In this document: one piece after another, positions 1 to 9,004 of the stretch | Layout of the letters: every line of letters begins with the position of its first letter | Position numbering within the stretch: position 1 is the stretch's first letter | Assembly (NCBI GenBank): GCA_050015075.1 | Contig: JBEKCB010000032.1 | Location: forward strand, 1-62,806 | Origin: Candidatus Brocadiia bacterium | GTDB lineage: Bacteria; Planctomycetota; Brocadiia; CAIUPP01 | DNA length: 62,806 bases | Direction of reading: 5' to 3' | Notes under the pieces: model-generated | Seen by the model: the letters and a program-made list of their open reading frames with translations, nothing else | Told to the model about the DNA's origin: nothing | Databases searched by the model: none | Program-made: the position numbers and the translations under genes

Positions 1-161
1 CGCTCCGATGCGAATACGTCGGATACCAGAACGGGTGCCTTAGAGCACGAATAGCAGCCGGAACTCGATTTCACAGGTTCTCCGAACGTCTCACTTGAGG
101 AATGGCCTCATAGCAGCATGACGACGGCTGGACTTATGTGCGTTGTTTCCCGGACCCTGCA

Positions 162-719
162 CTACGGCGGCCCGTACATCTCGAGGAGTTCCAGGCTCGG
201 CCCGAACCGCCTGTGCGCGTGCGAAATGGCGACGCCCATCACGACGAAAAAGAAAATGATGAGCAGCACGATGACGCCGGCGAAGATGTAATGATGGCTT
301 TTCCAGTGCCGCAGTGCGGGCGCGCAGGCGATGAGCGTGAGGAACGCCGCGACCGTGATGGTGGCATCCAGGCTTGCGCGCTGCCAGTAGCCGCCGCCCA
401 GGTTCAGCCACATGCCGTACTCGTCGAAGGTCAACCCCAGCGCGAGGGCGTACAGGACCGCTGCGATTCTCAGGGCCGCTCCCGCCGGCCGCGCGAAGAG
501 CAGGAATGCGCCGGTCATGGACAGCAGGAAAATACCGTAGTTGAGATGGTGGACGTGAGCGCCGCCGACGTGCAGGAACATGTCCGGCAGCCGCCGGGAC
601 ATGATGAGGAAAACGACAAGCCGCGCGCCCAGGAAGGTGACGAGAAAACTGACGAGCGCCAGCCGGGCCAGGTGCTCGGTCTCGACGACGCCGTTCTGAG
701 GTTTAATCGGGTCCGTCAT
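162..719 (-). CDS. Hypothetical integral membrane protein
   Basis: 185 aa ORF with several hydrophobic segments and an HVHHLNYG motif; lies downstream of and co-oriented with 773-2050. Confidence 0.75.
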   Translation of the reverse strand: MTDPIKPQNGVVETEHLARLALVSFLVTFLGARLVVFLIMSRRLPDMFLHVGGAHVHHLNYGIFLLSMTGAFLLFARPAGAALRIAAVLYALALGLTFDEYGMWLNLGGGYWQRASLDATITVAAFLTLIACAPALRHWKSHHYIFAGVIVLLIIFFFVVMGVAISHAHRRFGPSLELLEMYGPP

Positions 720-772
720 CGGGCGCTTCCTGAGCGCTTCTCGGGCCGCGAAAACGCGAAAGAGTCACGCCG

Positions 773-2050
773 CTACTTTTTCTCGCCGGTCAGGCTTTTT
801 CCCGCGACCAGCGCGTCCAGTTCGTCGGTGAGGCTCTTCTTCATTCCGGCCCTCAGGCCGCCGTGGACGGCCTGGACGAGCCCGTCTTTCCCGACGATGA
901 CCGTCAGCGGGATATACACGGCGCCATACTGATCGCCGACGGCGCCGCCCTTGTCAAGCGCCACGGTAACGTTCAATTTCTGCGCGGCCAGGAACTTCTG
1001 GATGGTCGCGGCGTCCTCATCCTGGTTTACGGCGTAGAGGACAACGCCTTTGTCCTTGTAGGCCGCGGCGATTTCCTCGATGATCGGCATGGATGTCCGG
1101 CACGGCGGGCACCACGAGGCCCAGAAGTCCAGGATGACAATCTCTTTGCCCTTGTGCTGCGAAAGCGTCATCTGGCCGCCGCCGAGCAGCGGCAGCTTGA
1201 AGTCGGGCGCCGGCGTACCGGCCGGAATCGTGTGGGCTTCATCCGGCTCGGAGAAGCTGGCCACTTTCTGCGAGCCCTCGGGCGGAACGAACTTGAAGCG
1301 TTCGTCCGGCACCTCCGGGTTCATCGCCCACTTGTCGAAGCGGATCGCCAGCATCATCTGCGCATCGGCCGGCACGGCTTCCATGTGTTTGAGCGACCTC
1401 GTCGCGTCCACCATCGCTTTGAGGATCAGCGGCTTGTCGCCTGCGGCGACCCAGGCTTCCACGTCGGAATCCTCCTGCACGAATTTCACGCGGCGGTACT
1501 GGGCGCCGGCGACCTCCTCGGTTCCGGCGTAGCTCGTGCCGAGCACCCCATCCATGATGGTTTCGTACGGGTTGCTCACCAGCAGATTGTCCAGGAAGAG
1601 CGGGACCGCGGCGACGAGAGGAATCGCGTCTTTGGAACTGAACACCGCGCCGAGATCCTCAGGAGCTTTGCCGGCCGTGTACTGCTTGAGGAGCGGAATG
1701 GACACGTACAGATTCTTTCCGTCGCACACCAGCGTGCCGCTGATCGGCACGGTCTGCGCGCCGCCCAGTTCCCACGAGACGTAAACAAAGTTGGGTCGGC
1801 GCACCGTCATGTGGACCGTGCTGGTCCTTTCGCTCTTCTTCGCACCCGCCGTTTCCGTCAGCGTGTACGAGATGTCCACGCTCAGCTCCTGGGCGACCTT
1901 GAAGTAGTCGCACATCTGCCGGATGACCTCGGTCGCCTTCGGGTCGAGCTTCGGCGCGGGCTTCTCGGGCGGGGCTTTCGGCTGGCCCAGCGCCGCCGAG
2001 CACAGCATCAGCACCGCGATGGCCGCGGACAATCCTTTGATCGCGCGCAT
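773..2050 (-). CDS. Secreted DUF2092-like domain fused to TlpA/ResA-type thioredoxin
   Basis: N-terminal signal peptide; DUF2092/LolA-like segment (RRPN..., F.FVPPEG); C-terminal APDF.L...LDFWASWCPPC redoxin motif. Confidence 0.8.
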   Translation of the reverse strand: MRAIKGLSAAIAVLMLCSAALGQPKAPPEKPAPKLDPKATEVIRQMCDYFKVAQELSVDISYTLTETAGAKKSERTSTVHMTVRRPNFVYVSWELGGAQTVPISGTLVCDGKNLYVSIPLLKQYTAGKAPEDLGAVFSSKDAIPLVAAVPLFLDNLLVSNPYETIMDGVLGTSYAGTEEVAGAQYRRVKFVQEDSDVEAWVAAGDKPLILKAMVDATRSLKHMEAVPADAQMMLAIRFDKWAMNPEVPDERFKFVPPEGSQKVASFSEPDEAHTIPAGTPAPDFKLPLLGGGQMTLSQHKGKEIVILDFWASWCPPCRTSMPIIEEIAAAYKDKGVVLYAVNQDEDAATIQKFLAAQKLNVTVALDKGGAVGDQYGAVYIPLTVIVGKDGLVQAVHGGLRAGMKKSLTDELDALVAGKSLTGEKK

Positions 2051-2162
2051 GACAGTCTTCCTTTCGAGGTTCGATGAATACCGGCCGCTGATGACCGGCG
2101 GACTGCACTATCTTATCGTTCCCGGTCGAAACTGCAAGCCCCATCGGCGCGATTCCTTGTTC

Positions 2163-2211
2163 GTAGTGGCGCCGTCAGGCGCTATTCCGTATGCCCTTAC
2201 GGGCACACTAC
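2163..2211. repeat. GTAG-type REP doublet (REPIN-like)
   Basis: GTAGTGGCGCC-GTCA-GGCGCT hairpin, then a GCCC-TTAC-GGGC hairpin ending in CACTAC (reverse complement of GTAGTG); second copy of the first unit at 30047. Confidence 0.6.
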
Positions 2212-2277
2212 AAACCGCTGTATTGGCCGCGCGAGCGCGAGGCGTGTATAATCATGGAGAATCTCAGGAGTCGGCCC

Positions 2278-2778
2278 ATGGACATCGAAAAAAAGCGCGC
2301 GCGGATCGCCAAGGTCGCAGGACGCAATGGCTGGAGCGTGGTCGTGCTGGGCGGATTGTGCCTTGCGGGTTCGCTCTTGGAGTTCAGCGTGGCGGGGATA
2401 TTGGTCTGCTTGGCGGCGCTGGCGTCAGGTTGCATGGAACTGAGCGGACGACGCCGGCTGAAGCAGAATCGGCCGGAGGCCGGGCGCTGGCTCGCGGGGA
2501 GCCAACTATTGCTTCTGGTGGCGGTCATACTCTACTCCGTGAGTCAGTTGCTGCTGCTTGATCCGAATGAAATCATGATGCATTTGTCCGATCTACGCCA
2601 GGCCATGGATCCGAACGACTTGAAGAAACTGATTGTTCGGGTCATCCACATCCTGTACCCGTTGGTGATCGCCGGCACGGTGCTCTTCCAGGGCGGCCTT
2701 TGGCTGTATTACACGCGGGCCACACGCAAGCTCGAACAAGCGGCGGCGGAAGAGTCGCAAGGGAAAATGAAAACGTGA
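2278..2778 (+). CDS. Hypothetical membrane protein
   Basis: About four hydrophobic segments; AGGAG RBS at 2266 before ATG 2278; TATAAT at 2247; stop overlaps the next start (GTGA). Confidence 0.7.
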   Translation: MDIEKKRARIAKVAGRNGWSVVVLGGLCLAGSLLEFSVAGILVCLAALASGCMELSGRRRLKQNRPEAGRWLAGSQLLLLVAVILYSVSQLLLLDPNEIMMHLSDLRQAMDPNDLKKLIVRVIHILYPLVIAGTVLFQGGLWLYYTRATRKLEQAAAEESQGKMKT

Positions 2779-3698
2779 TTCCACTCGAAGAGTTGCGCGA
2801 CTGCGTCTGCTGCCCTCGGGAATGCCATGCGCGGCGGTTGGACGGCGAGCTGGGCTACTGCCGGACCGGGGCCGGTTTCTGCATCGGCGCGATCTGCGTT
2901 CATCGCGGCGAGGAGCCGGTACTGGGCGGAGAGCGCGGCATCTGCAATATCTTCTTCACCCGCTGCAACCTGCAATGCCGCTATTGCCAGAACCGGCAGA
3001 TCAGCCGGAACCGCGGCGAAATCATCGAGCACTGCCTGCAATTCGAGGAAGTCGTCGCGCGGGTCGAGCGCCTGCTCGAAGCCGGGACAAGGCACGTCGG
3101 CTTCGTCTCGCCCTCGCACTGCATCCCGCAGATGAAAGCGCTCATCGGGGCGCTCGAGAACCGCGGGCCGCGGCCGGTCTTCGTGATGAACACGAACGCG
3201 TACGACAAGGCCGCGGTTCTCCGCTCGCTCGAAGGCCAGGTGGATGTTTACCTGCCCGACCTGAAGTACATGGACCCGCTCCTGGCGGGGCGGTTCTCCG
3301 ACGCAGCGGACTACCCCGAAGTCGCCGGCGCCGCGCTGCGCGAGATGTACCGGCAGAAGGGCTCGTATCTCATGCTGGATGCCGACGGGTGCGCGGAGTC
3401 GGGGCTGATCGTCCGCCACCTCGTGCTGCCCGGGCAGGTCGAAGACAGCAAGCGCTGCCTGCGCTTCATCGCGGAGGCGCTTTCGCCCGCTGTCCACGTA
3501 TCGCTGCTGGCGCAGTACCAGACGACGCCGGAGGTCGCCGGCGATCCGGACTTCGGACGCCGGCTTCGGCCCGAGGAGTACGCGGAGGTCGTCGCCGAAC
3601 TGGAGCGGCTGGGGTTCTGCCGCGGCTGGACGCAGGAGCTGACGAGCGCGGGCCACTACGCGCCGGATTTCGCGCAGGCGCATCCGTTCGAATCGTGA
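2775..3698 (+). CDS. pflX: Radical SAM protein, PflX-like
   Basis: N-terminal CVCCPREC...R...G.C, CNLQCRYC CxxxCxxC motif, VDVYLPDLKY and GLIVRHLVLPG; GTG start overlapping the upstream stop. Confidence 0.85.
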   Translation: MIPLEELRDCVCCPRECHARRLDGELGYCRTGAGFCIGAICVHRGEEPVLGGERGICNIFFTRCNLQCRYCQNRQISRNRGEIIEHCLQFEEVVARVERLLEAGTRHVGFVSPSHCIPQMKALIGALENRGPRPVFVMNTNAYDKAAVLRSLEGQVDVYLPDLKYMDPLLAGRFSDAADYPEVAGAALREMYRQKGSYLMLDADGCAESGLIVRHLVLPGQVEDSKRCLRFIAEALSPAVHVSLLAQYQTTPEVAGDPDFGRRLRPEEYAEVVAELERLGFCRGWTQELTSAGHYAPDFAQAHPFES

Positions 3699-3888
3699 AC
3701 ACCGCGCAGGGCGGCGGGAGCGCATCGCGCCGCAAAGCTCTGGAACTTCCACATGATCTCAGGTATGCTGTCAGGCCGATGACAAGCGCTTTCAGAGTCC
3801 GGCGCGGCGTGGGCCCGTTCTCGGGTTCCGCAATTCGCGTCCTCGCCGGCGGTGCGCGTGGTCACAGCGGCATGAAGGAAAGTTCTTC

Positions 3889-4482
3889 GTGGAGCACACC
3901 AAGGACCTGATCCAGACGTACGGCTACTGGGCGCTGCTCATCGGGACGTTTCTGGAAGGCGAAACGATCCTGATCGTCGCCGGAGCGCTCGCGGGGCAGG
4001 GACTGCTGGAGTTGCCCTACGTCATACTCAGCGCGCTCGCGGGCGGCATGGCGGGCGATCAACTCCACTTCTTCATCGGGCGATACAAGGGCCAGTGGAT
4101 CCTCTCCAAGTTCGCGAACCAGCGCGAGCGCCTGGAGAAAGTGCTGCGGCTGGTGCAGCGGCACAGGATACTGCTGGTGCTGATCTTCCGGTTCATGTAC
4201 GGGCTCCGCACGATCACGTCGTTCACGCTGGGGATGACGCGCATGCCCATCTGGCTCTACGCGCCGTTGAACGCCGTCGGAGCGGCCGTCTGGGCGGCCA
4301 CGTTCGCGTCGGCGGGGTATCTTTTCGGATACGCCGTGCTGCCGATGTTCAAGCACTACCGGCTGAAGTTCCTCGCCGTGGTGTGCCTCGTGGCGATGGT
4401 CGCCTGGCTGGTCAGGGTCTGGCGGGCGCGGTGGCTCAGCCGGCGAAAGACGGCCTCCACCGCAGAACGCCCGACGACTTGA
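3889..4482 (+). CDS. DedA family membrane protein
   Basis: YGY..L.GTFLEGE, GDQL.F.IGR and FRFMYGLR motifs. Confidence 0.88.
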   Translation: MEHTKDLIQTYGYWALLIGTFLEGETILIVAGALAGQGLLELPYVILSALAGGMAGDQLHFFIGRYKGQWILSKFANQRERLEKVLRLVQRHRILLVLIFRFMYGLRTITSFTLGMTRMPIWLYAPLNAVGAAVWAATFASAGYLFGYAVLPMFKHYRLKFLAVVCLVAMVAWLVRVWRARWLSRRKTASTAERPTT

Positions 4483-4494
4483 GGAAACGAGCGA

Positions 4495-5640
4495 ATGAAT
4501 TCCAATCAGCGCGTGCACGCGGCGCTCAAAGGCGAGATTCCCGACCGCGTCCCGATCGGGGAATTCGCGGTTGATTTCGACACCGTCGAAAAACTCCTCG
4601 GCCACGAAACGTACCTGCGCGCCAAGGCGAAGTCGCAGATCGCGTTCTGGGAGAGGCGGTACGACGAGGTCGAGCAAAGCTACATCGCCGACCACATCGC
4701 GATGCACGAGAAGCTCGACCTCGACATCCTCGTCTTCGCGATGGCCACCTGGTGGATCCCCGAACCGACGGACGATGTGCCGCCGCGGAGAATTGACGCC
4801 ACGACCTGGAAGGACAAATACGAACGCGTTTACAAGTACTCGGACGCGACCGGCGACGTCACCGTCGTCGAGGACCCGGTGACGGCAGCCAGGGTTTTCA
4901 CCGTCGAGGAGTTTCTCCGCGCGCCGGAAGAGCGGCGGATGAACGCGGCCTCGATGCGAGTCCTGCGCGCGGTGACCGACCGGTTCAAGGGGAAAAAATT
5001 CATCGCCGGGCCGAACGCCGGCGAGACGGGCGTGGTCTTGCTGGGCGACATGACCCGCGGACTGATGGAGCTGCTCACGAATCCCGACACGGTCCGCGCC
5101 GCCGCCGAAAGCGCCTACCGCGACGCCACGCTCAACGATAAGAACTTCATCCAGCCCGACCATGACGGCATCATCTGGGGCCAGGACTGGGCGTTCAAGA
5201 CCGGGCCGTTCTTCAACCCGATCATGTTCCGCGAGATTTTCATGCCCTGGATCCGCCGCCACGTCGAGTCCATCCACAAGGACTACGGCAAGCGCGTCAT
5301 CAAGCACGCGTGCGGGAACAACTGGAAACTGCTGGACATGTTCGTCGAGATCGGCTACGACTGCTACCAGTCCATCCAGCCGACGGCGGACATGGACATC
5401 GCCGAGGTCAAGAAGCAGTACGGGCGAAAAATCGCCCTGTGGGGCGGCGTGCCGGTGGAAGAAATGGTCGGCGGCACAGCGGAGCAGGTGCGCCAGTCGG
5501 TCCGCAGGGCGATGAAGTTCGCCAAACCCGGCGGCGGCTTCATCCTCGGCACGAGCCACTCCATCGCCGTCGGGTCCAAGTACGACAATTTCATGGCGAT
5601 GCTCGACGAGCACGCGAAGCTGGCGTCTTATCGGCAATAG
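4495..5640 (+). CDS. Uroporphyrinogen decarboxylase / MtaA-CmuA family protein
   Basis: MNSNQRV..AL.G..PDRVP start, KHACG Zn motif, GG..IL.TSHSI C-terminus. Confidence 0.8.
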   Translation: MNSNQRVHAALKGEIPDRVPIGEFAVDFDTVEKLLGHETYLRAKAKSQIAFWERRYDEVEQSYIADHIAMHEKLDLDILVFAMATWWIPEPTDDVPPRRIDATTWKDKYERVYKYSDATGDVTVVEDPVTAARVFTVEEFLRAPEERRMNAASMRVLRAVTDRFKGKKFIAGPNAGETGVVLLGDMTRGLMELLTNPDTVRAAAESAYRDATLNDKNFIQPDHDGIIWGQDWAFKTGPFFNPIMFREIFMPWIRRHVESIHKDYGKRVIKHACGNNWKLLDMFVEIGYDCYQSIQPTADMDIAEVKKQYGRKIALWGGVPVEEMVGGTAEQVRQSVRRAMKFAKPGGGFILGTSHSIAVGSKYDNFMAMLDEHAKLASYRQ

Positions 5641-5656
5641 CAGGGCGGAGCACAAC

Positions 5657-6760
5657 GTGATTAAACGCGTCATCTGCGTCGTCGCGCTGCTGCTCCTTTG
5701 CACCATCGGCCACTTCACGATCTCCCATACCGAGACGACCTGGCACGAGTTCCTCTTCAAGGTGACCTACGTGCCGATCATTCTCGCCGCGCTGTGGTTC
5801 GGCGTGAGAGGCGGGCTGGTGACTTCGGTGGTCACGAGTGCGCTCTATCTTGTGCACGTGCAGCGGCACTTCGGCGGGCATTTCCTTTCGATGAACCTGG
5901 GGTACACGCTCGACATCGTGCTTTACAACGGCATCGCCCTCGTCACGGGCCTGCTGTCGCAGGCGCAGGTGCGGGCGCGGAAGCGCGCGGAGCGCCTGGC
6001 CGAAGAGCAGGCCTCGCTGCGGCGCGAACTGGAGGCGTCGTATCAAACCCTTCAGCGGCAGACCGAGGAGCTTCTCGAAGTCTCGGAACAATTGCGGCGG
6101 TCGGAGCGTCTCGCGGCGCTGGGAGAGCTGACCGCAAGCATCGCCCACGAAATCCGCAATCCGCTCGGCGGTATTTCCGGCGCGGCGGAGATCGTCGGGC
6201 GCGAGGGCGTCGCGCCCGAGGTGCGCGCGGAGTTCAGCGATATCCTCCGCAAGGAGACCGCCCGCCTCAACCAGGCCGTGCAGAACATCCTCAGCTTCGC
6301 GCGCGGCCGGAAGTCGGAGGTCCGGGAAACGGACCTCGGCGAAATCGCCCATCGCGTCGTGCGGCTCGTCGCCCGCGAAGCGCAACAGCACTCCGTCTCC
6401 ATCGTGCAGGAAGTCCCGGCCGGGCTTCGGATCGAGACGGACCCGCTGCTCATCGAGCACATCCTGCTCAACCTGATCCTCAACGCGGTGCAGGCGATGC
6501 CGGCCGGCGGCGCCGTCACGCTCTCGGCGCGGAACCCGGCGCCCGGTTCCGTGGCGCTGACGGTCCGCGACACCGGCCCGGGCATCCCGGCCGAAGTCCA
6601 GGCGCAGATGTTCAAGCCGTTCTTCACCACCAAGCCCGGCGGCACCGGCCTCGGGCTGGCCATCGCGCGGCGCATCGCGCACGGCCTCGGCGGCGAAATC
6701 CGCCTGCGGTCCGAGCCCGGCCAAGGGGCCGAGTTCACTTTGGAAATCCCGGCAAAATGA
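5657..6760 (+). CDS. Membrane sensor histidine kinase (NtrB-like)
   Basis: N-terminal TM helices; AHEIRNPL H-box, NLILNA N-box, DTGPG and FFTTK..GTGLGL. Confidence 0.92.
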   Translation: MIKRVICVVALLLLCTIGHFTISHTETTWHEFLFKVTYVPIILAALWFGVRGGLVTSVVTSALYLVHVQRHFGGHFLSMNLGYTLDIVLYNGIALVTGLLSQAQVRARKRAERLAEEQASLRRELEASYQTLQRQTEELLEVSEQLRRSERLAALGELTASIAHEIRNPLGGISGAAEIVGREGVAPEVRAEFSDILRKETARLNQAVQNILSFARGRKSEVRETDLGEIAHRVVRLVAREAQQHSVSIVQEVPAGLRIETDPLLIEHILLNLILNAVQAMPAGGAVTLSARNPAPGSVALTVRDTGPGIPAEVQAQMFKPFFTTKPGGTGLGLAIARRIAHGLGGEIRLRSEPGQGAEFTLEIPAK

Positions 6761-8106
6761 AAAAGACAATCCTGCTGGTCGAAGACGATGCAAGCCTGCG
6801 GCGGGTGATGGAGTTCCAGCTCGCGGAGAAAGGCTACGCCGTCCGCGCCGCCGGCGACGGCGAGCAGGCGCTGCGGCTCTTCCGCGAGGAACCGCCGGAC
6901 CTGGTGGTGACGGACATGACGCTGCCGCGCGTCGGCGGACTCGAGCTGCTGCGCGCCGTCAAGCGTGAAGCGCCGCGCGTCCCGGTCATCGTCATCACCG
7001 CCTTCGGCACGATCGAGACCGCCGTCCAGGCGATGCGCGACGGCGCCTTCCATTACGTCACCAAGCCGATCAGCAACGAGGAACTCGCGCTCGTCGTCGC
7101 CAAGGCGCTCGACTACGGCGCGCTGACCGAGGAAAACGTCCGGCTGCGCCGCGAACTCCAGGAGCGGCACCGGCTCGGCAACATCCTCGGCGACTCGGCG
7201 GCGATGAAGCGCGTCAACGAGGTGGTCGCGCGCGTGGCCGGCCGCGACGTGACCGTGCTCCTCGAGGGCGAGTCGGGCACCGGCAAGGAGTTGGTTGCGC
7301 GGGCGATCCATTACAACAGCGCGCGCGCCGCCGGACCGTTCGTGCCCGTCAACTGCGGCGCGATCCCGAAGGACCTCGTCGAGAGCGAGCTGTTCGGCGC
7401 GCGCAAGGGCGCGTTCACCGGCGCAACGCATGACCGCGCCGGGCAGTTCGAGCAGGCCGACCAGGGCACGATCTTTCTCGACGAGATCGTCGAGCTTCCT
7501 CCGGAGGCGCAGGTCAAGCTGCTGCGCGTCCTGCAGGACCGCGTCGTGGCGCCGCTCGGCGCCGAGACGCCGGTTCCGCTGGACGTCCGCGTCATCGCCG
7601 CGACCAACCGGTCGCTGGAGACGGCCGTCGCGGAAGGGGACCTCCGCGAGGACATCTTCTATCGCCTCAACGTCGTGACGATCTCCCTGCCGCCGCTGCG
7701 CGACCGGCGCGACGACATTCCCCTGCTCGTCCGGCACTTCCTCGAGAAGTTCGGCCAGCCACAGTGCAAGGTCTCGCCCGAGGCGTCGGAGGTTCTCTCG
7801 CGCGGCCACTGGCCCGGCAACGTGCGCCAACTCGAGAACGCGATCCAGCGCGCCCTCGTCCTCCAGCGCAACCCCGGCGAGATCACCGCCGAAGACCTTC
7901 CGCCGGAACTCGCCGCGCCCTCGCCCAAGCCGGTCCTCGCGGGCAGCGAGTTCCCCGACGAGGGCATCAACCTCGAGGACAATGAGAAAGTCCTCATCCA
8001 GATGGCGCTGGCGAAGGCCGGCAACAACCAGACGCGCGCCGCGCAACTGCTCGGCATCAGCCGGCACGTGCTGCTATATCGGATGCAGAAGTATGGACTG
8101 AGGTAA
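6757..8106 (+). CDS. Sigma54-dependent response regulator (NtrC/AtoC family)
   Basis: Receiver domain (LLVEDD), GESGTGKE, GAFTGA, WPGNVRQL and C-terminal HTH; ATGA overlap with the kinase stop. Confidence 0.93.
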   Translation: MKKTILLVEDDASLRRVMEFQLAEKGYAVRAAGDGEQALRLFREEPPDLVVTDMTLPRVGGLELLRAVKREAPRVPVIVITAFGTIETAVQAMRDGAFHYVTKPISNEELALVVAKALDYGALTEENVRLRRELQERHRLGNILGDSAAMKRVNEVVARVAGRDVTVLLEGESGTGKELVARAIHYNSARAAGPFVPVNCGAIPKDLVESELFGARKGAFTGATHDRAGQFEQADQGTIFLDEIVELPPEAQVKLLRVLQDRVVAPLGAETPVPLDVRVIAATNRSLETAVAEGDLREDIFYRLNVVTISLPPLRDRRDDIPLLVRHFLEKFGQPQCKVSPEASEVLSRGHWPGNVRQLENAIQRALVLQRNPGEITAEDLPPELAAPSPKPVLAGSEFPDEGINLEDNEKVLIQMALAKAGNNQTRAAQLLGISRHVLLYRMQKYGLR

Positions 8107-8190
8107 TTGGGAGATTGGGTTATTGGGACATTGGGTGATTGGGACAATTGCGGCGTTTAATCTCCCAATTACCTAATCTCCCAATTTCCC
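8104..8190. repeat. 8-nt periodic (NNATTGGG)n / (CCAAT..)n inverted repeat element
   Basis: taattggg agattggg ttattggg acattggg tgattggg, followed by complementary taatctcc caattacc taatctcc caatttcc. Confidence 0.8.
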
Positions 8191-8208
8191 TAGGAGACAG
8201 GAGATAAA

Positions 8209-8775
8209 ATGACGACCCTAACGAAGACGGTTTGCGCGGCGGCAGTGATTATTCCACCGAATGAAATCTGGCGGCCGATCCAGGCGATGCGGGCGCGGTA
8301 CGACCGACATTTCGCGCGCTGGATGCCGCACATCACGCTGGCCTTTCCGTTCCGGCCCGTGGAGGAATTCGAGTCGCTCGCGCCACTCTTCGAGAAAGCG
8401 TGCGCCGACATCAAGCCCTTCGAGATCGAGCTGGCGGAATTCCGCTTCTTCGATCACGGCCGCGACAGCTTCACGCTGTGGCTGGAAGTGAAACCGGCGG
8501 AACCGCTGACCGCATTGCAGGCCGCGTTGGTGCTCGCCACGCCCGACTGCGACGACGTCGCGCTTTTCGCCGCCGGCTTCACACCCCACCTGAGCGTAGG
8601 CCAGGCGCGCGGCGAGCCGATCATGTCCAAGCTGCGCGAAACCCTCCAAACAAACTGGAAGCCGCTGCGTTTTCAGGTCTCCGAGTTTTGCCTCGTTTGG
8701 CGTGGCGAGAAACCGCCCGATGACACGTTCCGAGTGGGCTGCAAAGTCCGGCTCGGTCAGCGTGCAAGCCCGTAA
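8209..8775 (+). CDS. 2H phosphoesterase (2'-5' RNA ligase superfamily)
   Basis: Two Hx(T/S) motifs, PHITL and PHLSV; AGGAG RBS. Confidence 0.85.
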   Translation: MTTLTKTVCAAAVIIPPNEIWRPIQAMRARYDRHFARWMPHITLAFPFRPVEEFESLAPLFEKACADIKPFEIELAEFRFFDHGRDSFTLWLEVKPAEPLTALQAALVLATPDCDDVALFAAGFTPHLSVGQARGEPIMSKLRETLQTNWKPLRFQVSEFCLVWRGEKPPDDTFRVGCKVRLGQRASP

Positions 8776-8830
8776 TACTCGGTTGCGGATGAGCGATTGG
8801 CGAATCATATTCGCCACGGGTCTCCGCTAC

Positions 8831-8920
8831 GTCATTCCCGCGCAGGCGGGAATCCAGGCGTTCGACGTGCGGCTTGCCTGCCGAAGGAGGGTTCTGGATT
8901 CCCGCATTCGCGGGAATGAC
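8831..8920. repeat. dRS3-like palindrome pair (ATTCCC-N8-GGGAAT x2)
   Basis: GTCATTCCCGCGCAGGCGGGAATCCAG ... CTGGATTCCCGCATTCGCGGGAATGAC. Confidence 0.85.
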
Positions 8921-9004
8921 GAGCACGCTTTTTCGACAGCCCCCAGTCACCTATTGTAGCGCGCTTGAATGGCGTTCCGGGCGCAAAAGTCCACGCCGCC
9001 GCAC

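Noticed and set aside
5698-8106. 802-aa extended response regulator
   Set aside because: The N-terminal part is an off-frame overlap of the kinase; the true start is ATG 6757.
8104-8190. CRISPR array (also considered for 21086-21140)
   Set aside because: Repeats are contiguous 8- or 23-nt units with no unique spacers, and no cas genes are present.
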